DNA of 64,000 nt, taken from Kiritimatiellia bacterium. Lineage in GTDB: Bacteria; Verrucomicrobiota; Kiritimatiellia; RFP12; UBA1067. Position numbers and translations under genes: made by a program. The DNA is taken from positions 13,628 through 77,627 of the forward strand of contig JBJEWF010000022.1 in assembly GCA_051884915.1 (NCBI GenBank). Direction: 5' to 3'. Positions within the stretch are counted from its first letter, which is position 1. Each line of letters starts with the position of its first letter. Positions 1 through 8,910 of the stretch are shown here, piece by piece. The notes beneath the pieces are model-generated. The model searched no databases and was not told where the DNA came from. It worked only from the letters and a program-made list of their open reading frames with translations.

Positions 1-1
1 G

Positions 2-229
2 GGCGCGGCCTGGGGCAAGGTCTGCTGGGGCCACTGGTGGCAGTTCGATCCGAAGGAGATGTGGTCGCTGGCGACGTGGCTGGTCTATGCCGCCTATTTC
101 CACGTGAAGCCCCGGCTGGCGCCGAAGGCGGAACGCGCGTTTCTGCTCGCGGGGGCCGCGATGATCGTCCTGACGCTGACCTGGATCAATCTGTCGCGGG
201 TCTTTGCCGGGATGCACAGCTATGCGTGA
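2..229 (+). CDS. ccsA: cytochrome c biogenesis protein CcsA/ResC family, C-terminal fragment (5' end outside window)
   Basis: Frame 2 is open from the window edge to TGA 227-229. Translation GAAWGKVCWGHWWQFDPKEMWSLATWLVYAAYFH carries the Trp-rich WGxxWxWDPKE haem-handling motif, followed by a hydrophobic helix. Absent from the ORF track because no start lies in the window. Confidence 0.75.
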   Translation, partial: GAAWGKVCWGHWWQFDPKEMWSLATWLVYAAYFHVKPRLAPKAERAFLLAGAAMIVLTLTWINLSRVFAGMHSYA

Positions 230-272
230 GCGGCGAAGGGCGGCGGCCGGAGACGGAAGAAGGGAGAGAGGG

Positions 273-1385
273 ATGGCATTGCGAACGATGTTGGCGATTG
301 TGGCGGCGGGAGCGCTGCAGGTTGCGGCCGTGCCGCCCGTGAAGCGGGGGCCGCTGATCAACGGACCCGCCCCGGCGGCGGTCCGCCGGACGGCGGACCC
401 GTCCGCCCCCGCGAAAGCCCCCGCGAAAACGGCCGCGAAAAAGAAAGCCGCGCCCCGACCGTCCGCCGCGAAAGCGCCGGCGGCGTCCGCGGCCAAGTCC
501 GCGCCGCCGCCGGCAGACCCCGGCCGGGGGCCTCTGGCGCCCTACCGCGGCGCCATCGCGGTGGATGCGGACACGGGCCGGGTGCTTTTCGCGGACCATG
601 CCGACAGAACGGGCTATCCGGCGTCGGTCACGAAGCTGATGACGCTGCTGCTGGTTCTGGAGGATCTGGCGCAGGGCCGGTACAAGCTGACGGACCGGGC
701 GGTGGCGAGCGCCTATGCGGCCAGCCAGGAACCCAGCAAGGTCGACCTTCGGCAGGGGCAGTCCATGACCATCGACGATCTGCTCTTTGCCATCATGACC
801 CGGAGCGCCAACGACGCGGCCGTCGTGCTGGCGGAACATTCGGCCCGTCACCAGACCGGCGCCAAGGCGCCGCCGCGAACGGCCGCCGGGAGCGCGGAGC
901 TGCTGGCCGGCTTCGTCGACCGGATGAACCGCCGCGCCCGGCAGCTCGGCATGCGCGCGACCCGCTATGCCTCGCCGAACGGCCTTCCGCCCGCGCCGGG
1001 CAGCAAGCGCGGCTTCGACACGTCGACGGCGTCCGACCTGGCCCTGCTGGGACGGGCCGTCGTCCTCACGCCGGGCGCGCTGAAATACACGTCGGCGCCG
1101 CATTGCACGGTGACCGACGGCAACGGCAAGAAGCTGGTGCTGCAGAACCACAACTATTTCGTGCCGAAGAATCCCGACCCCAAGCGCCTTTGCGAACCGC
1201 TTCCGGAATGCGACGGGCTGAAGACGGGTTTCACGACGCTTTCCGGCTCGTCGATCGTCCTGACGGCCAAGCGCAACGGCCGCCGCGTCATCGTGGTGGT
1301 CCTCGGCAGTGCGGGACGGCACGAACGCGAGGCGGCCGCGGGGCGGCTGCTGCGCGACGCGTTGAACGCCGTGTCGGTCTGGTGA
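273..1385 (+). CDS. D-alanyl-D-alanine carboxypeptidase (S11, PBP5/6-like)
   Basis: SVTK (SxxK), SAN (SxN) and KTG motifs in the ORF 204-1385. Start moved to M24 (ATG 273), which follows GGGAGAGAGGG and begins a signal-peptide-like MALRTMLAIVAAGAL. Confidence 0.85.
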   Translation: MALRTMLAIVAAGALQVAAVPPVKRGPLINGPAPAAVRRTADPSAPAKAPAKTAAKKKAAPRPSAAKAPAASAAKSAPPPADPGRGPLAPYRGAIAVDADTGRVLFADHADRTGYPASVTKLMTLLLVLEDLAQGRYKLTDRAVASAYAASQEPSKVDLRQGQSMTIDDLLFAIMTRSANDAAVVLAEHSARHQTGAKAPPRTAAGSAELLAGFVDRMNRRARQLGMRATRYASPNGLPPAPGSKRGFDTSTASDLALLGRAVVLTPGALKYTSAPHCTVTDGNGKKLVLQNHNYFVPKNPDPKRLCEPLPECDGLKTGFTTLSGSSIVLTAKRNGRRVIVVVLGSAGRHEREAAAGRLLRDALNAVSVW

Positions 1386-1434
1386 CGCGGCCGGCGGATG
1401 GGTGCGGACGTCCAGTGGAGGGAACGTGAGCAAG

Positions 1435-2508
1435 ATGGCCAAGAAAATCGTGGTTGCCTGCGGGGGAACGGGCGGACACGCCTTCCCCGGTCTGGCGGTC
1501 GCCCGCGAGCTGCGGGCGCGGGGGCACGAGGTTGTCGTATGGGATTCGGGGCGGTCCATCGAGAGCGTCGTCATGACGTCCTGGGACGGCCCGGTCTTTT
1601 CCACGGGCGCGCGCCCGCTGAACGCGCGGAACCTGTTCGCGAATCTGGTCGCCTGGTTCCGCTGCCGCCGCGAGATGGGGCGTTTCGCCCCGGACGCGCT
1701 GCTGGCCATGGGCTCCTATTCGAGCCTCCCTCCGGTGCTGGCCGCCCGCTCCCGCCACGTCCCCATTGTCCTGCACGAGGCCAATACGGTTCCGGGGCGG
1801 GCGGTCGACTGCCTGTCGCGCTATGCGCGGAAGGTGGCCGTCAGCTTTCCGGAGACGAAAGACTACCTGAAGGCGTGCGACGTCCAGCTGACGGGCCTGC
1901 CCGTGCGGACGGAAATCGCGGGGCAGCCCCGTTTCGGGGACGTCCCGCATGACGCGTTCACCGTGTTCGTGACGGGCGGGAGCCAGGGGGCGCACCGGGT
2001 CAACGAGCTGATGTCCCAGGCGCTGGTTCTCGTCAAGGGCGAACTGGCGAAACGGGGCGCGCCCGACCGGCTGTTCGCGATCCACCAGACCGGCCGGAAT
2101 GACGAGCAGATGGTGGCGCAGGCCTACGAGAAGGCGAAGATCGCCTGTCGCGTGCGGGCTTTCGAGCAGGAGATGGGACGGGCCTTCGCGACGGCCGATC
2201 TCGTCGTCGCCCGCGCGGGGGCGTCCACCTGTTTCGAACTGGCCCTGACGGGAAAGCCGGCGTTCTTCATTCCGCTGCCGTCCGCCAAGCGCGACCACCA
2301 GCACTTCAACGCCCAGTCGTTCGTGAAGGCCGGGGCGGCGGACGAGGGGATCCAGAACGCCCTGACGCCGCGCGCCATCGCGAATTTCATCCTGCACAAG
2401 ATGGCCCACCCCGAAGAGCTCGCCCGGCGCTCGGCCGCGATGCGGCGGATCGCGACGCCCGATGCGGCGGCGAAGGTGGCGGACATCCTGGAGGCCGTAT
2501 GCGCGTAG
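1435..2508 (+). CDS. murG: undecaprenyldiphospho-muramoylpentapeptide beta-N-acetylglucosaminyltransferase MurG
   Basis: N-terminal KKIVVACGGTGGHAFPGLAVARELRARGHEV is the MurG G-loop and the length is right. ATG 1435 chosen; in-frame GTG 1426/1402 are possible alternatives. Confidence 0.9.
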   Translation: MAKKIVVACGGTGGHAFPGLAVARELRARGHEVVVWDSGRSIESVVMTSWDGPVFSTGARPLNARNLFANLVAWFRCRREMGRFAPDALLAMGSYSSLPPVLAARSRHVPIVLHEANTVPGRAVDCLSRYARKVAVSFPETKDYLKACDVQLTGLPVRTEIAGQPRFGDVPHDAFTVFVTGGSQGAHRVNELMSQALVLVKGELAKRGAPDRLFAIHQTGRNDEQMVAQAYEKAKIACRVRAFEQEMGRAFATADLVVARAGASTCFELALTGKPAFFIPLPSAKRDHQHFNAQSFVKAGAADEGIQNALTPRAIANFILHKMAHPEELARRSAAMRRIATPDAAAKVADILEAVCA

Positions 2509-3557
2509 CCGTCGGGCTGAGCGGAGGCGTGGATTCCAGCGTGGCGGCGCTCCGCCTGAAGGAGGCCGGGCACGAGGTCGTGGGCATCACGATGAAATTG
2601 TGGCGTCCGGGCGTCTACAAAGGCGGCGCGCGCGACGCCTGTTTCGGCTCGCACGAGGACGAGGACATCGCCCGGGCGGCGCGGCTGGCGGAACGGCTGG
2701 GCATCGACTACAAGGTCTACGACTGCTTTGACGCCTACAATGCCGAAGTCGTCGCCTATTTCCGCGACACCTATCTATCCGGCCGCACGCCGAACCCCTG
2801 CGTCCGGTGCAATGCCATGCTGAAGTTCGGGCTGCTGCCGAAACTGGCGCGGGAATCCGGATGCGTCTTCGACAAGTTCGCGACGGGCCACTATGCGCGG
2901 ACGGCGTGCCTGGCGAATGGCCGGTTCGCCGTGCTGCGGGCCCTGGACGAAGCCAAGGACCAGAGCTATTTTCTCTATCGGCTGTCGCAGGAGCAGCTGT
3001 CCCGGCAGCTCTTCCCGCTGGGCGACCTCACGAAAACGCAGGTCCGTGAAATCGCCCGGCGGCACGGTCTGCCGTCGGCCGACAAGGCGGACAGCCAGGA
3101 CTTCTATTCGGGGGACCCGAACGAGCTGATCGGCGAACCCGATCGGCCGGGCGACATCGTCGACCGGACGGGGAAGGTCCTGGGACGCCATGCGGGGTTC
3201 TGGCACTACACCATCGGCCAGCGCAAGGGGCTTGGCATCGGCGGGGCCGGCGAGCCGTACTACGTCATCGAGCTGAACGCCTGCCGCAACCAGGTGGTCG
3301 TCGGCCGGGCGACGGATGCCGTGAAGACGTCGCTGACGGTGGCGGACATGAACTACGTCGCCCTGCCGCCGTCGGCCGCCAACGCGGAGATCCCCTGCCG
3401 GGTGAAGGTCCGCAGCGCGGGCCGGCTCGTGGCGGCCACGCTGAAGGGGAACGCGTGCGCGTTCCCCGCCGGCATTTCGGGCGTCGCCCCGGGGCAGAGC
3501 GCCGTCTTCTACGGCGCCCGGACCGGCGAGATCCTCTGCGGCGGGATCATTCAATGA
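2499..3557 (+). CDS. mnmA: tRNA 2-thiouridine(34) synthase MnmA
   Basis: PP-loop MRVAVGLSGGVDSSVAA, conserved NPCVRCN motif, 352 aa. Overlaps the murG stop by 10 nt. Confidence 0.9.
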   Translation: MRVAVGLSGGVDSSVAALRLKEAGHEVVGITMKLWRPGVYKGGARDACFGSHEDEDIARAARLAERLGIDYKVYDCFDAYNAEVVAYFRDTYLSGRTPNPCVRCNAMLKFGLLPKLARESGCVFDKFATGHYARTACLANGRFAVLRALDEAKDQSYFLYRLSQEQLSRQLFPLGDLTKTQVREIARRHGLPSADKADSQDFYSGDPNELIGEPDRPGDIVDRTGKVLGRHAGFWHYTIGQRKGLGIGGAGEPYYVIELNACRNQVVVGRATDAVKTSLTVADMNYVALPPSAANAEIPCRVKVRSAGRLVAATLKGNACAFPAGISGVAPGQSAVFYGARTGEILCGGIIQ

Positions 3558-3587
3558 CGCGGTTCTTCCGCGATACGGCGGTTTTTT
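3558..3587 (+). terminator. weak hairpin plus T6 tract after mnmA
   Basis: cgcgg-ttctt-ccgcg (3558-3572), then a short second stem and TTTTTT at 3582-3587. The stem is short, so this is only a candidate. Confidence 0.35.
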
Positions 3588-3595
3588 GGTACAAT
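3587..3595 (+). promoter_or_regulatory. extended -10 promoter element TGGTACAAT
   Basis: TGnTAnAAT-type element in a 49-nt spacer. The hexamer ends 11 nt before ATG 3607 and there is no SD in between. Confidence 0.5.
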
Positions 3596-3606
3596 ACGAC
3601 CCACGC

Positions 3607-5316
3607 ATGAAAGACAATTTGCTGCTTGTGTTGGACGTCCTGGTAACCGTCATCGGCGGGCTGGGCGTGTTTCTTTTGGGGATGAAGCATCTGTCGGAGG
3701 GACTTCAGGCCACGGCGGGGAGCGGGTTGCGGAAGTTCATGTCCCATGCGACGAGCCATCGCCTCGTGGGGGTGGGGACGGGCGTGCTTTCGACCATCCT
3801 CGTCCAGTCGAGTTCGATCATCGCGGTGATGCTGGTGGGGTTCGTCTCCTCGGCGCTGATGACGCTGCCGCAGGCGTTTTCGGTGCTGATCGGCGCGAAT
3901 ATCGGCACGACGGCGACCGTCTGGATTCTCGCCTACGCGCCGGATCCGCAGATGCTGGGCTTCGTCTGCTTCGGCCTTGGCGGCGTGCTCTATTTCTTCC
4001 TGCGCGGCGAGCGGGTTCACAATCTGGGCCTGACCGTCATCGGCCTCGGCCTCGTCTTTCTGGGCCTCTATTTCATGTCGAAGGGCGTGGCGCCCATCAA
4101 GCAGAATCCCGAGATCGCGAAGATCTTCACGTCGATGAGCGCGGCGACCATGTTCGGCGTGGTGAAGATCGCCATTTGCGCGCTGCTGCTGACGGCCGTC
4201 ATCCAGAGTTCCGCGGCGACGATCGCGATTGCCATGGCGCTGGCCTCGCAGGGCCTGATCGCGTACGAAGTCGCCATTGCCGTTCTGTTCGGCGCGAACG
4301 TGGGCACGACGGCGACGGGCTGGATCGCCGCGATTGGCGGGACGGCGGACGCGAAGCGCACCGCGCTTTCGCATTCCCTCTCGAACCTGGTCGGTTCGGT
4401 CGTGCTGCTGCCGTTCTTTCCGCTGTTCGTCAAGGCGGGGCAGGCGATGTTCCCGCATTGGGCGGAAGCCGAGACCGTCAAGGTGAGCGGACAGGCCGTG
4501 CAGGCCTTCACGCACATGATGGCGCCCATTGCCGTGACGGATACGATCTTCGCCTGCTGCCGCGGCCTGATCTTCTTTCCGCTGGTCAAGCCGTTCTGCC
4601 GCCTGGTCGAGCGCGTCGTCAGGCAGCCGGAGAACGAGAAACCGCACCTGTCGTGCCTGAAGGTCGGCTCGATGATCTCGCCCGTCATCGCGTGCGACCA
4701 GGCGCTGCACGAGGTCGACTTCATGAAGGAGAGCAATCTGGAGCTGCTGGCTTGCGCCCGCCAGGTGATCGCCGGCACGTCCGACGAGACGGTCGAGAAC
4801 CACATCACGCATCGCGAGGGCATTCTGGACAAGGTGCAGAAGGAGGTGACGGAATACCTCGGCAACGTGATGTCCAAGCGGCTGGGCTGGGACGTGGCCG
4901 AACGCGCGCGCCGGCTCCTGCGCCTGACGGACGAGCTGGAGAGCGTGTCCGACGAGACGGCCGCCGTCCTGAAGGCCATGAAGCGGCTGCGGAAGCAGAA
5001 CCAGAAGATTTCCGAAGTGTCGCTGGCCGTCCTGCTTTCGGTGCACGACCGGGTCAGCGCGTTTGCCGCGAAGGTGACGCCCTGGATCAAGTCGCCGCGG
5101 CCGCAGATCGACATCGACGCCGTCCTGGACGAATCGAAGGGCATCCACGAGTTCATCCGCGAGTGCCGCCATGCCCAGCTGGGGCGCGTGGGGCCGGAGG
5201 ATCCGGGCTCGTCGCTGCGCGTGCTGGTCGAGCTGGACATCATCAACGCCTACGAGCGCGTGCGCGCCTACTACCTGAATATCGCCGAAACCCTTGCGGG
5301 CGGAAAGCGATCGTGA
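3607..5316 (+). CDS. Na/Pi cotransporter family protein with PhoU-like C-terminal domain
   Basis: Two NaPi-II repeats with GANIGTT / GANVGTT motifs, multiple TM helices, and a helical PhoU-like C-terminus. Start taken at MKDNLLLVL (ATG 3607) rather than TTG 3586. Confidence 0.85.
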   Translation: MKDNLLLVLDVLVTVIGGLGVFLLGMKHLSEGLQATAGSGLRKFMSHATSHRLVGVGTGVLSTILVQSSSIIAVMLVGFVSSALMTLPQAFSVLIGANIGTTATVWILAYAPDPQMLGFVCFGLGGVLYFFLRGERVHNLGLTVIGLGLVFLGLYFMSKGVAPIKQNPEIAKIFTSMSAATMFGVVKIAICALLLTAVIQSSAATIAIAMALASQGLIAYEVAIAVLFGANVGTTATGWIAAIGGTADAKRTALSHSLSNLVGSVVLLPFFPLFVKAGQAMFPHWAEAETVKVSGQAVQAFTHMMAPIAVTDTIFACCRGLIFFPLVKPFCRLVERVVRQPENEKPHLSCLKVGSMISPVIACDQALHEVDFMKESNLELLACARQVIAGTSDETVENHITHREGILDKVQKEVTEYLGNVMSKRLGWDVAERARRLLRLTDELESVSDETAAVLKAMKRLRKQNQKISEVSLAVLLSVHDRVSAFAAKVTPWIKSPRPQIDIDAVLDESKGIHEFIRECRHAQLGRVGPEDPGSSLRVLVELDIINAYERVRAYYLNIAETLAGGKRS

Positions 5317-5322
5317 TATACT
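5314..5322 (+). promoter_or_regulatory. extended -10 promoter element TGATATACT upstream of fba
   Basis: The motif overlaps the stop codon of the preceding gene. It is followed by a ~30-nt leader with AAAGGAAG SD before ATG 5356. The same 9-mer plus ATC recurs at 61108. Confidence 0.45.
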
Positions 5323-5355
5323 ATCCGCCGTTTTTCAATCCCGAAAGGAAGAAAC

Positions 5356-6360
5356 ATGAAGAAAGTCAGCTACAAGGACCTCGGCCTCGTCAACACGAAG
5401 AAGATGTTCGCGAAGGCCGTCAAGGGCGGTTACGCCATCCCGGCGTTCAACTTCAACACGATGGAGCAGATGCAGGCGATCGTTCAGGCCTCCGTTGAAA
5501 CGAAGTCCCCGGTGATCATGCAGGTCTCCAAGGGCGCGCGCAAGTACGCGAACCCCACGATTCTCCGCTACATGGCGCAGGGCGCGGTTGAATACGCCAA
5601 GGAACTCGGCTGCAAGAAGCCGCAGATCGTCCTTCACCTCGACCACGGCGACAGTTTCGAGACGTGCAAGAGCTGCATCGACATGGGCTTTTCGAGCGTC
5701 ATGATCGACGGTTCCTCGCTTTCCTTCAAGGACAACATCAAGCTCACCAAGAAGGTCGTCGCCTACGCGCACAAGTTCGACGTCACGGTCGAGGCCGAAC
5801 TCGGCGTTCTCGCCGGCGTCGAAGACGAAGTGCAGGCCGAAGAGAGCCACTACACGAAGCCCGAAGAGGTCGTCGAGTTCGCGACGAAGACGGGCTGCGA
5901 CTCCCTCGCGATCTCCATCGGCACCTCCCACGGCGCCTACAAGTTCAAGCCGGAGCAGTGCACGCGCGACCCCAAGACGGGCAAGCTCGTTCCGCCGCCG
6001 CTCGCGTTCGACGTGCTGAAGGCCATCGAGAAGGAGCTGCCGGGCTTTCCGATCGTGCTCCACGGCTCGTCCTCCGTTCCGCAGGACGAGGTCGACACGA
6101 TCAACAAGTTCGGCGGCAAGCTGCCCGACGCGGTCGGCATTCCGGAAGCGCAGCTGCGCAAGGCCGCGAAGAGCGCCGTGTGCAAGATCAACATCGACTC
6201 CGACTCGCGTCTGGCGATGACGGCGGCGATCCGCCAGCACTTCGCCGAGCATCCGGACCACTTCGATCCGCGCCAGTACCTCACGCCGGCGCGCGACAAC
6301 ATGAAGAAGATGTACATCCACAAGATCGTCAACGTGCTGGGCTCCAACGACAAGCTCTGA
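5356..6360 (+). CDS. fba: class II fructose-1,6-bisphosphate aldolase
   Basis: Full-length match by eye to class II FBA: AIPAFNFNTMEQ, HLDHG, GTSHGAYKF, HGSSSVP. Confidence 0.92.
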   Translation: MKKVSYKDLGLVNTKKMFAKAVKGGYAIPAFNFNTMEQMQAIVQASVETKSPVIMQVSKGARKYANPTILRYMAQGAVEYAKELGCKKPQIVLHLDHGDSFETCKSCIDMGFSSVMIDGSSLSFKDNIKLTKKVVAYAHKFDVTVEAELGVLAGVEDEVQAEESHYTKPEEVVEFATKTGCDSLAISIGTSHGAYKFKPEQCTRDPKTGKLVPPPLAFDVLKAIEKELPGFPIVLHGSSSVPQDEVDTINKFGGKLPDAVGIPEAQLRKAAKSAVCKINIDSDSRLAMTAAIRQHFAEHPDHFDPRQYLTPARDNMKKMYIHKIVNVLGSNDKL

Positions 6361-6389
6361 GCCGGACTTCCCGATCATGCCGGGAAGAG

Positions 6390-6421
6390 ACGCCGCCCGC
6401 AGGGGCGGCGTTTCCTTTTTT
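6390..6421 (+). terminator. rho-independent terminator after fba
   Basis: 9-bp GC stem acgccgccc/gggcggcgt with a GCAG loop, followed by ttcctttttt. Confidence 0.75.
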
Positions 6422-6503
6422 CCGGGGGGCGTCCGCCGTTTGCAATGCGCCGCTGGACGGCGGGATGTGGAAACTGCGCCGTTTGCCATCGCCGGACGAA
6501 CTG

Positions 6504-6512
6504 TGGTACAAT
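6504..6512 (+). promoter_or_regulatory. extended -10 promoter element TGGTACAAT (leaderless GH5 gene)
   Basis: The hexamer TACAAT ends 7 nt before ATG 6520, so the predicted TSS coincides with the start codon. Confidence 0.5.
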
Positions 6513-6519
6513 GGGCGGC

Positions 6520-8031
6520 ATGAAATACGCGCTTTTTTCTCTTGCCGTCGCGCTGGCGTGTTCGGCGCCTGCCGCCGGCGCCGCCGAATGGAAGCCGTCC
6601 GTCCGGTGGCGCGGGTTCAATCTGCTGGGCATGTTCATCAAGGGTTCGCAGGCCAAACCCGATTTCCGCGAGGAGGATTTCCAGATCATGCGCGACTGGG
6701 GATTCAATTTCGCGCGTCTGCCGATGGACTACCGCTACTGGATCAGGAACGGCAACTGGGATGAAATCGACGAGGACGCCGTCAAGCCCGTCGACCAGGC
6801 CGTGGCGTGGGGCCGGAAATACGGCATCCACACCCAGATCTGCCTGCACCGGATTCCCGGCTACACGGTTGCGCGTCCCGCGGAGCCGCGCGACCTGTTC
6901 ACGGACGCCGAGGCGCAGCGCGTCGCCTGCCGGCATTGGGCGTTCTTCGCCCGGCGCTACAAGGGCGTTCCCAACGAGGCGCTGAGCTTCAACCTGTTCA
7001 ACGAGCCGCCGACCGTCGCGGACGAGGTTTACGGCCAGGTGGCGAAGAAGCTGATCGCGGCCATCCGCGCCGAGGATCCGGCGCGGTACATCGTGGCCGA
7101 CGGCATTTCCTGGGGGCGCCAGCCCTGCCGGTCGCTGTTCGGCATCCCCGGCGTCGGCCAGGCCACGCGCGGCTACACGCCCATGGGCGTTTCGCACTAC
7201 CGCGCCTCCTGGGCGGGCAATCCGACGGCGGAACCCGTCTGGCCGATGGCGGTGGACGCGCCGACCGGCCACTGCTACGGGCAGGGCAAAGCGCCGTGGA
7301 ACGTCCCTTTCGAGTTCGACGACATGCCGGCGGGCCGGCTCGTCTTCAGGCTGGGGCGGGTGTCGGGCGACGTGGCGTTCCGCATTTCGGCGGACGGCGA
7401 GACGCTGAAGGACGTCGTGCTCAAGCAGCCGGAGGGACCCGGGTGGACGAATGTCGTCTACAACGAGGAATGGAAGATCTACCAGAGCGACTATGCGGCG
7501 CCGGTCGAGGTCGAACTGGCACGGCCCGCGCGCAAGGTCAAGCTGGAGATGCTCCGGGGCGACTGGTTCGTCGTCAACTCCCTGGAGGTCGCGGACGCTT
7601 CGGGACGGAAAGCCCGGCTGGCGTTCGAGAACGCCTGGGGCAAGCCGCGCAGCCATCACCTCCGGTTTGTCGGCTGGCAGGGGCGGGCGTCGTTCAAGGC
7701 CGTCGGCGGCGGCGTGAAGCCCCGCTACGCGGACCCGGGCATGGAATATCTCTATCGCACGCTTCTCGCGCCCTGGGATGACGCCGTGGCGCAGGGCGTC
7801 TTCTGCATGACGGGCGAGTTCGGCGCCTACCGGCATACGCCGCACGACCTCGTCCTGGACTGGCTGGAGGACTATCTGCGTCTCTGGCAGGAACGCGGCA
7901 TGGGCTGGGCGATGTGGAACCTGCGCGGCCCGTTTGGCGTCCTCGACAGCGACCGCGCCGACGTGCAGTACGAGGATTTCCGCGGACACCGGCTGGACCG
8001 GAAAATGCTCGACCTGCTTCTGCAATACTGA
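6520..8031 (+). CDS. secreted glycoside hydrolase family 5 (cellulase-type) with an inserted beta-rich domain
   Basis: Signal peptide MKYALFSLAVALACSAPAAGA. GH5 acid/base NLFNEPP and nucleophile MTGEFGAY. About 150 aa lie between them that are not part of a canonical GH5 barrel. Confidence 0.85.
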   Translation: MKYALFSLAVALACSAPAAGAAEWKPSVRWRGFNLLGMFIKGSQAKPDFREEDFQIMRDWGFNFARLPMDYRYWIRNGNWDEIDEDAVKPVDQAVAWGRKYGIHTQICLHRIPGYTVARPAEPRDLFTDAEAQRVACRHWAFFARRYKGVPNEALSFNLFNEPPTVADEVYGQVAKKLIAAIRAEDPARYIVADGISWGRQPCRSLFGIPGVGQATRGYTPMGVSHYRASWAGNPTAEPVWPMAVDAPTGHCYGQGKAPWNVPFEFDDMPAGRLVFRLGRVSGDVAFRISADGETLKDVVLKQPEGPGWTNVVYNEEWKIYQSDYAAPVEVELARPARKVKLEMLRGDWFVVNSLEVADASGRKARLAFENAWGKPRSHHLRFVGWQGRASFKAVGGGVKPRYADPGMEYLYRTLLAPWDDAVAQGVFCMTGEFGAYRHTPHDLVLDWLEDYLRLWQERGMGWAMWNLRGPFGVLDSDRADVQYEDFRGHRLDRKMLDLLLQY

Positions 8032-8078
8032 GGTCCCCTCCGCCCCGCCGTCTTCACCGCCCAACCTCCCCGACCTCC

Positions 8079-8546
8079 ATGCGCATTGGTTTTGGCTACG
8101 ATTCCCACCGGTTCGAGGCAGGCCGCCCGCTCGTTCTCGGCGGCGTGCGGATTCCCGGCGTGCCCGGCCTGAAAGGCCACTCCGACGCCGACGTGCTGGC
8201 CCACGCGCTGATCGACGCGCTGCTGGGGGCGGCGGCGCGGGGCGATATCGGCTCCCATTTCCCGGATTCCGATTCCCGGTGGCAGGGGGCCGATTCGATG
8301 GCGCTTCTGGCGTCCGTTGTCGCCGAAATCCGCGCGGCGGGGCACGGCATCGGGAACGTCGACGCGACGGTCGTCTGCGAACGGCCCAGGCTGCGTCCGT
8401 TCGTCGAGGCGATCCGCGCGCGGCTGGCCGGCGTTCTGGGCTGTCCGGTCGAGGCGGTCTCCGTCAAGGGCAAAACGAACGAGGGGATGGACGACGTGGG
8501 CGCCGGCGCGGGAATCGAGGTCCACTGCGTGGCCTTGCTGACATGA
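8079..8546 (+). CDS. ispF: 2-C-methyl-D-erythritol 2,4-cyclodiphosphate synthase
   Basis: MRIGFGYDSHRF ... GHSDADVLAHA ... GDIG motifs, 155 aa. The upstream part of ORF 7914-8546 overlaps the GH5 gene and is rejected. Confidence 0.92.
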   Translation: MRIGFGYDSHRFEAGRPLVLGGVRIPGVPGLKGHSDADVLAHALIDALLGAAARGDIGSHFPDSDSRWQGADSMALLASVVAEIRAAGHGIGNVDATVVCERPRLRPFVEAIRARLAGVLGCPVEAVSVKGKTNEGMDDVGAGAGIEVHCVALLT

Positions 8547-8845
8547 TGGATGTCGTCGAGATCGACGGCGTGAAGGCCGAGGTCGCCCGGACGTATCTTC
8601 AGCGGGCGCGGGGGCTGATCGGCCGGAAGACGCTTCCGCGCGGAAGGGGCCTGCTGATTCTCCGCTGCAATGCCATCCACACGTTTTTCATGGCCTTCCC
8701 CATCGACGCGACCTTCTACGACCGGCACGGCCGCGTCGTGAAGACCGTCAGGAACATCCGGCCCTGGCGGATCTTCGTGTGGGGCGGCTGGCGCGCGGCG
8801 AAGGTTCTGGAGACGCGCAGCTTCCCGCCGGACTGCCGGAACTGA
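8543..8845 (+). CDS. DUF192 (COG1430) domain protein
   Basis: ARGLIGRKTLPRGRGLLILRCNAIHTFFMAFPIDATFYD resembles the DUF192 core. The start forms an ATGA overlap with the ispF stop. Confidence 0.75.
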   Translation: MMDVVEIDGVKAEVARTYLQRARGLIGRKTLPRGRGLLILRCNAIHTFFMAFPIDATFYDRHGRVVKTVRNIRPWRIFVWGGWRAAKVLETRSFPPDCRN

Positions 8846-8864
8846 AAACCGTCGTCCGATTTTA

Positions 8865-8873
8865 TGCTATAAT
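8865..8873 (+). promoter_or_regulatory. extended -10 promoter element TGCTATAAT upstream of hisD
   Basis: Consensus TATAAT with TG at -15/-14, followed by a leader with AAAGGAG before ATG 8911. Confidence 0.5.
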
Positions 8874-8910
8874 GGGGCGAGTTTCAAAGGAGTCGAGGAG
8901 TCTGGCAAGT

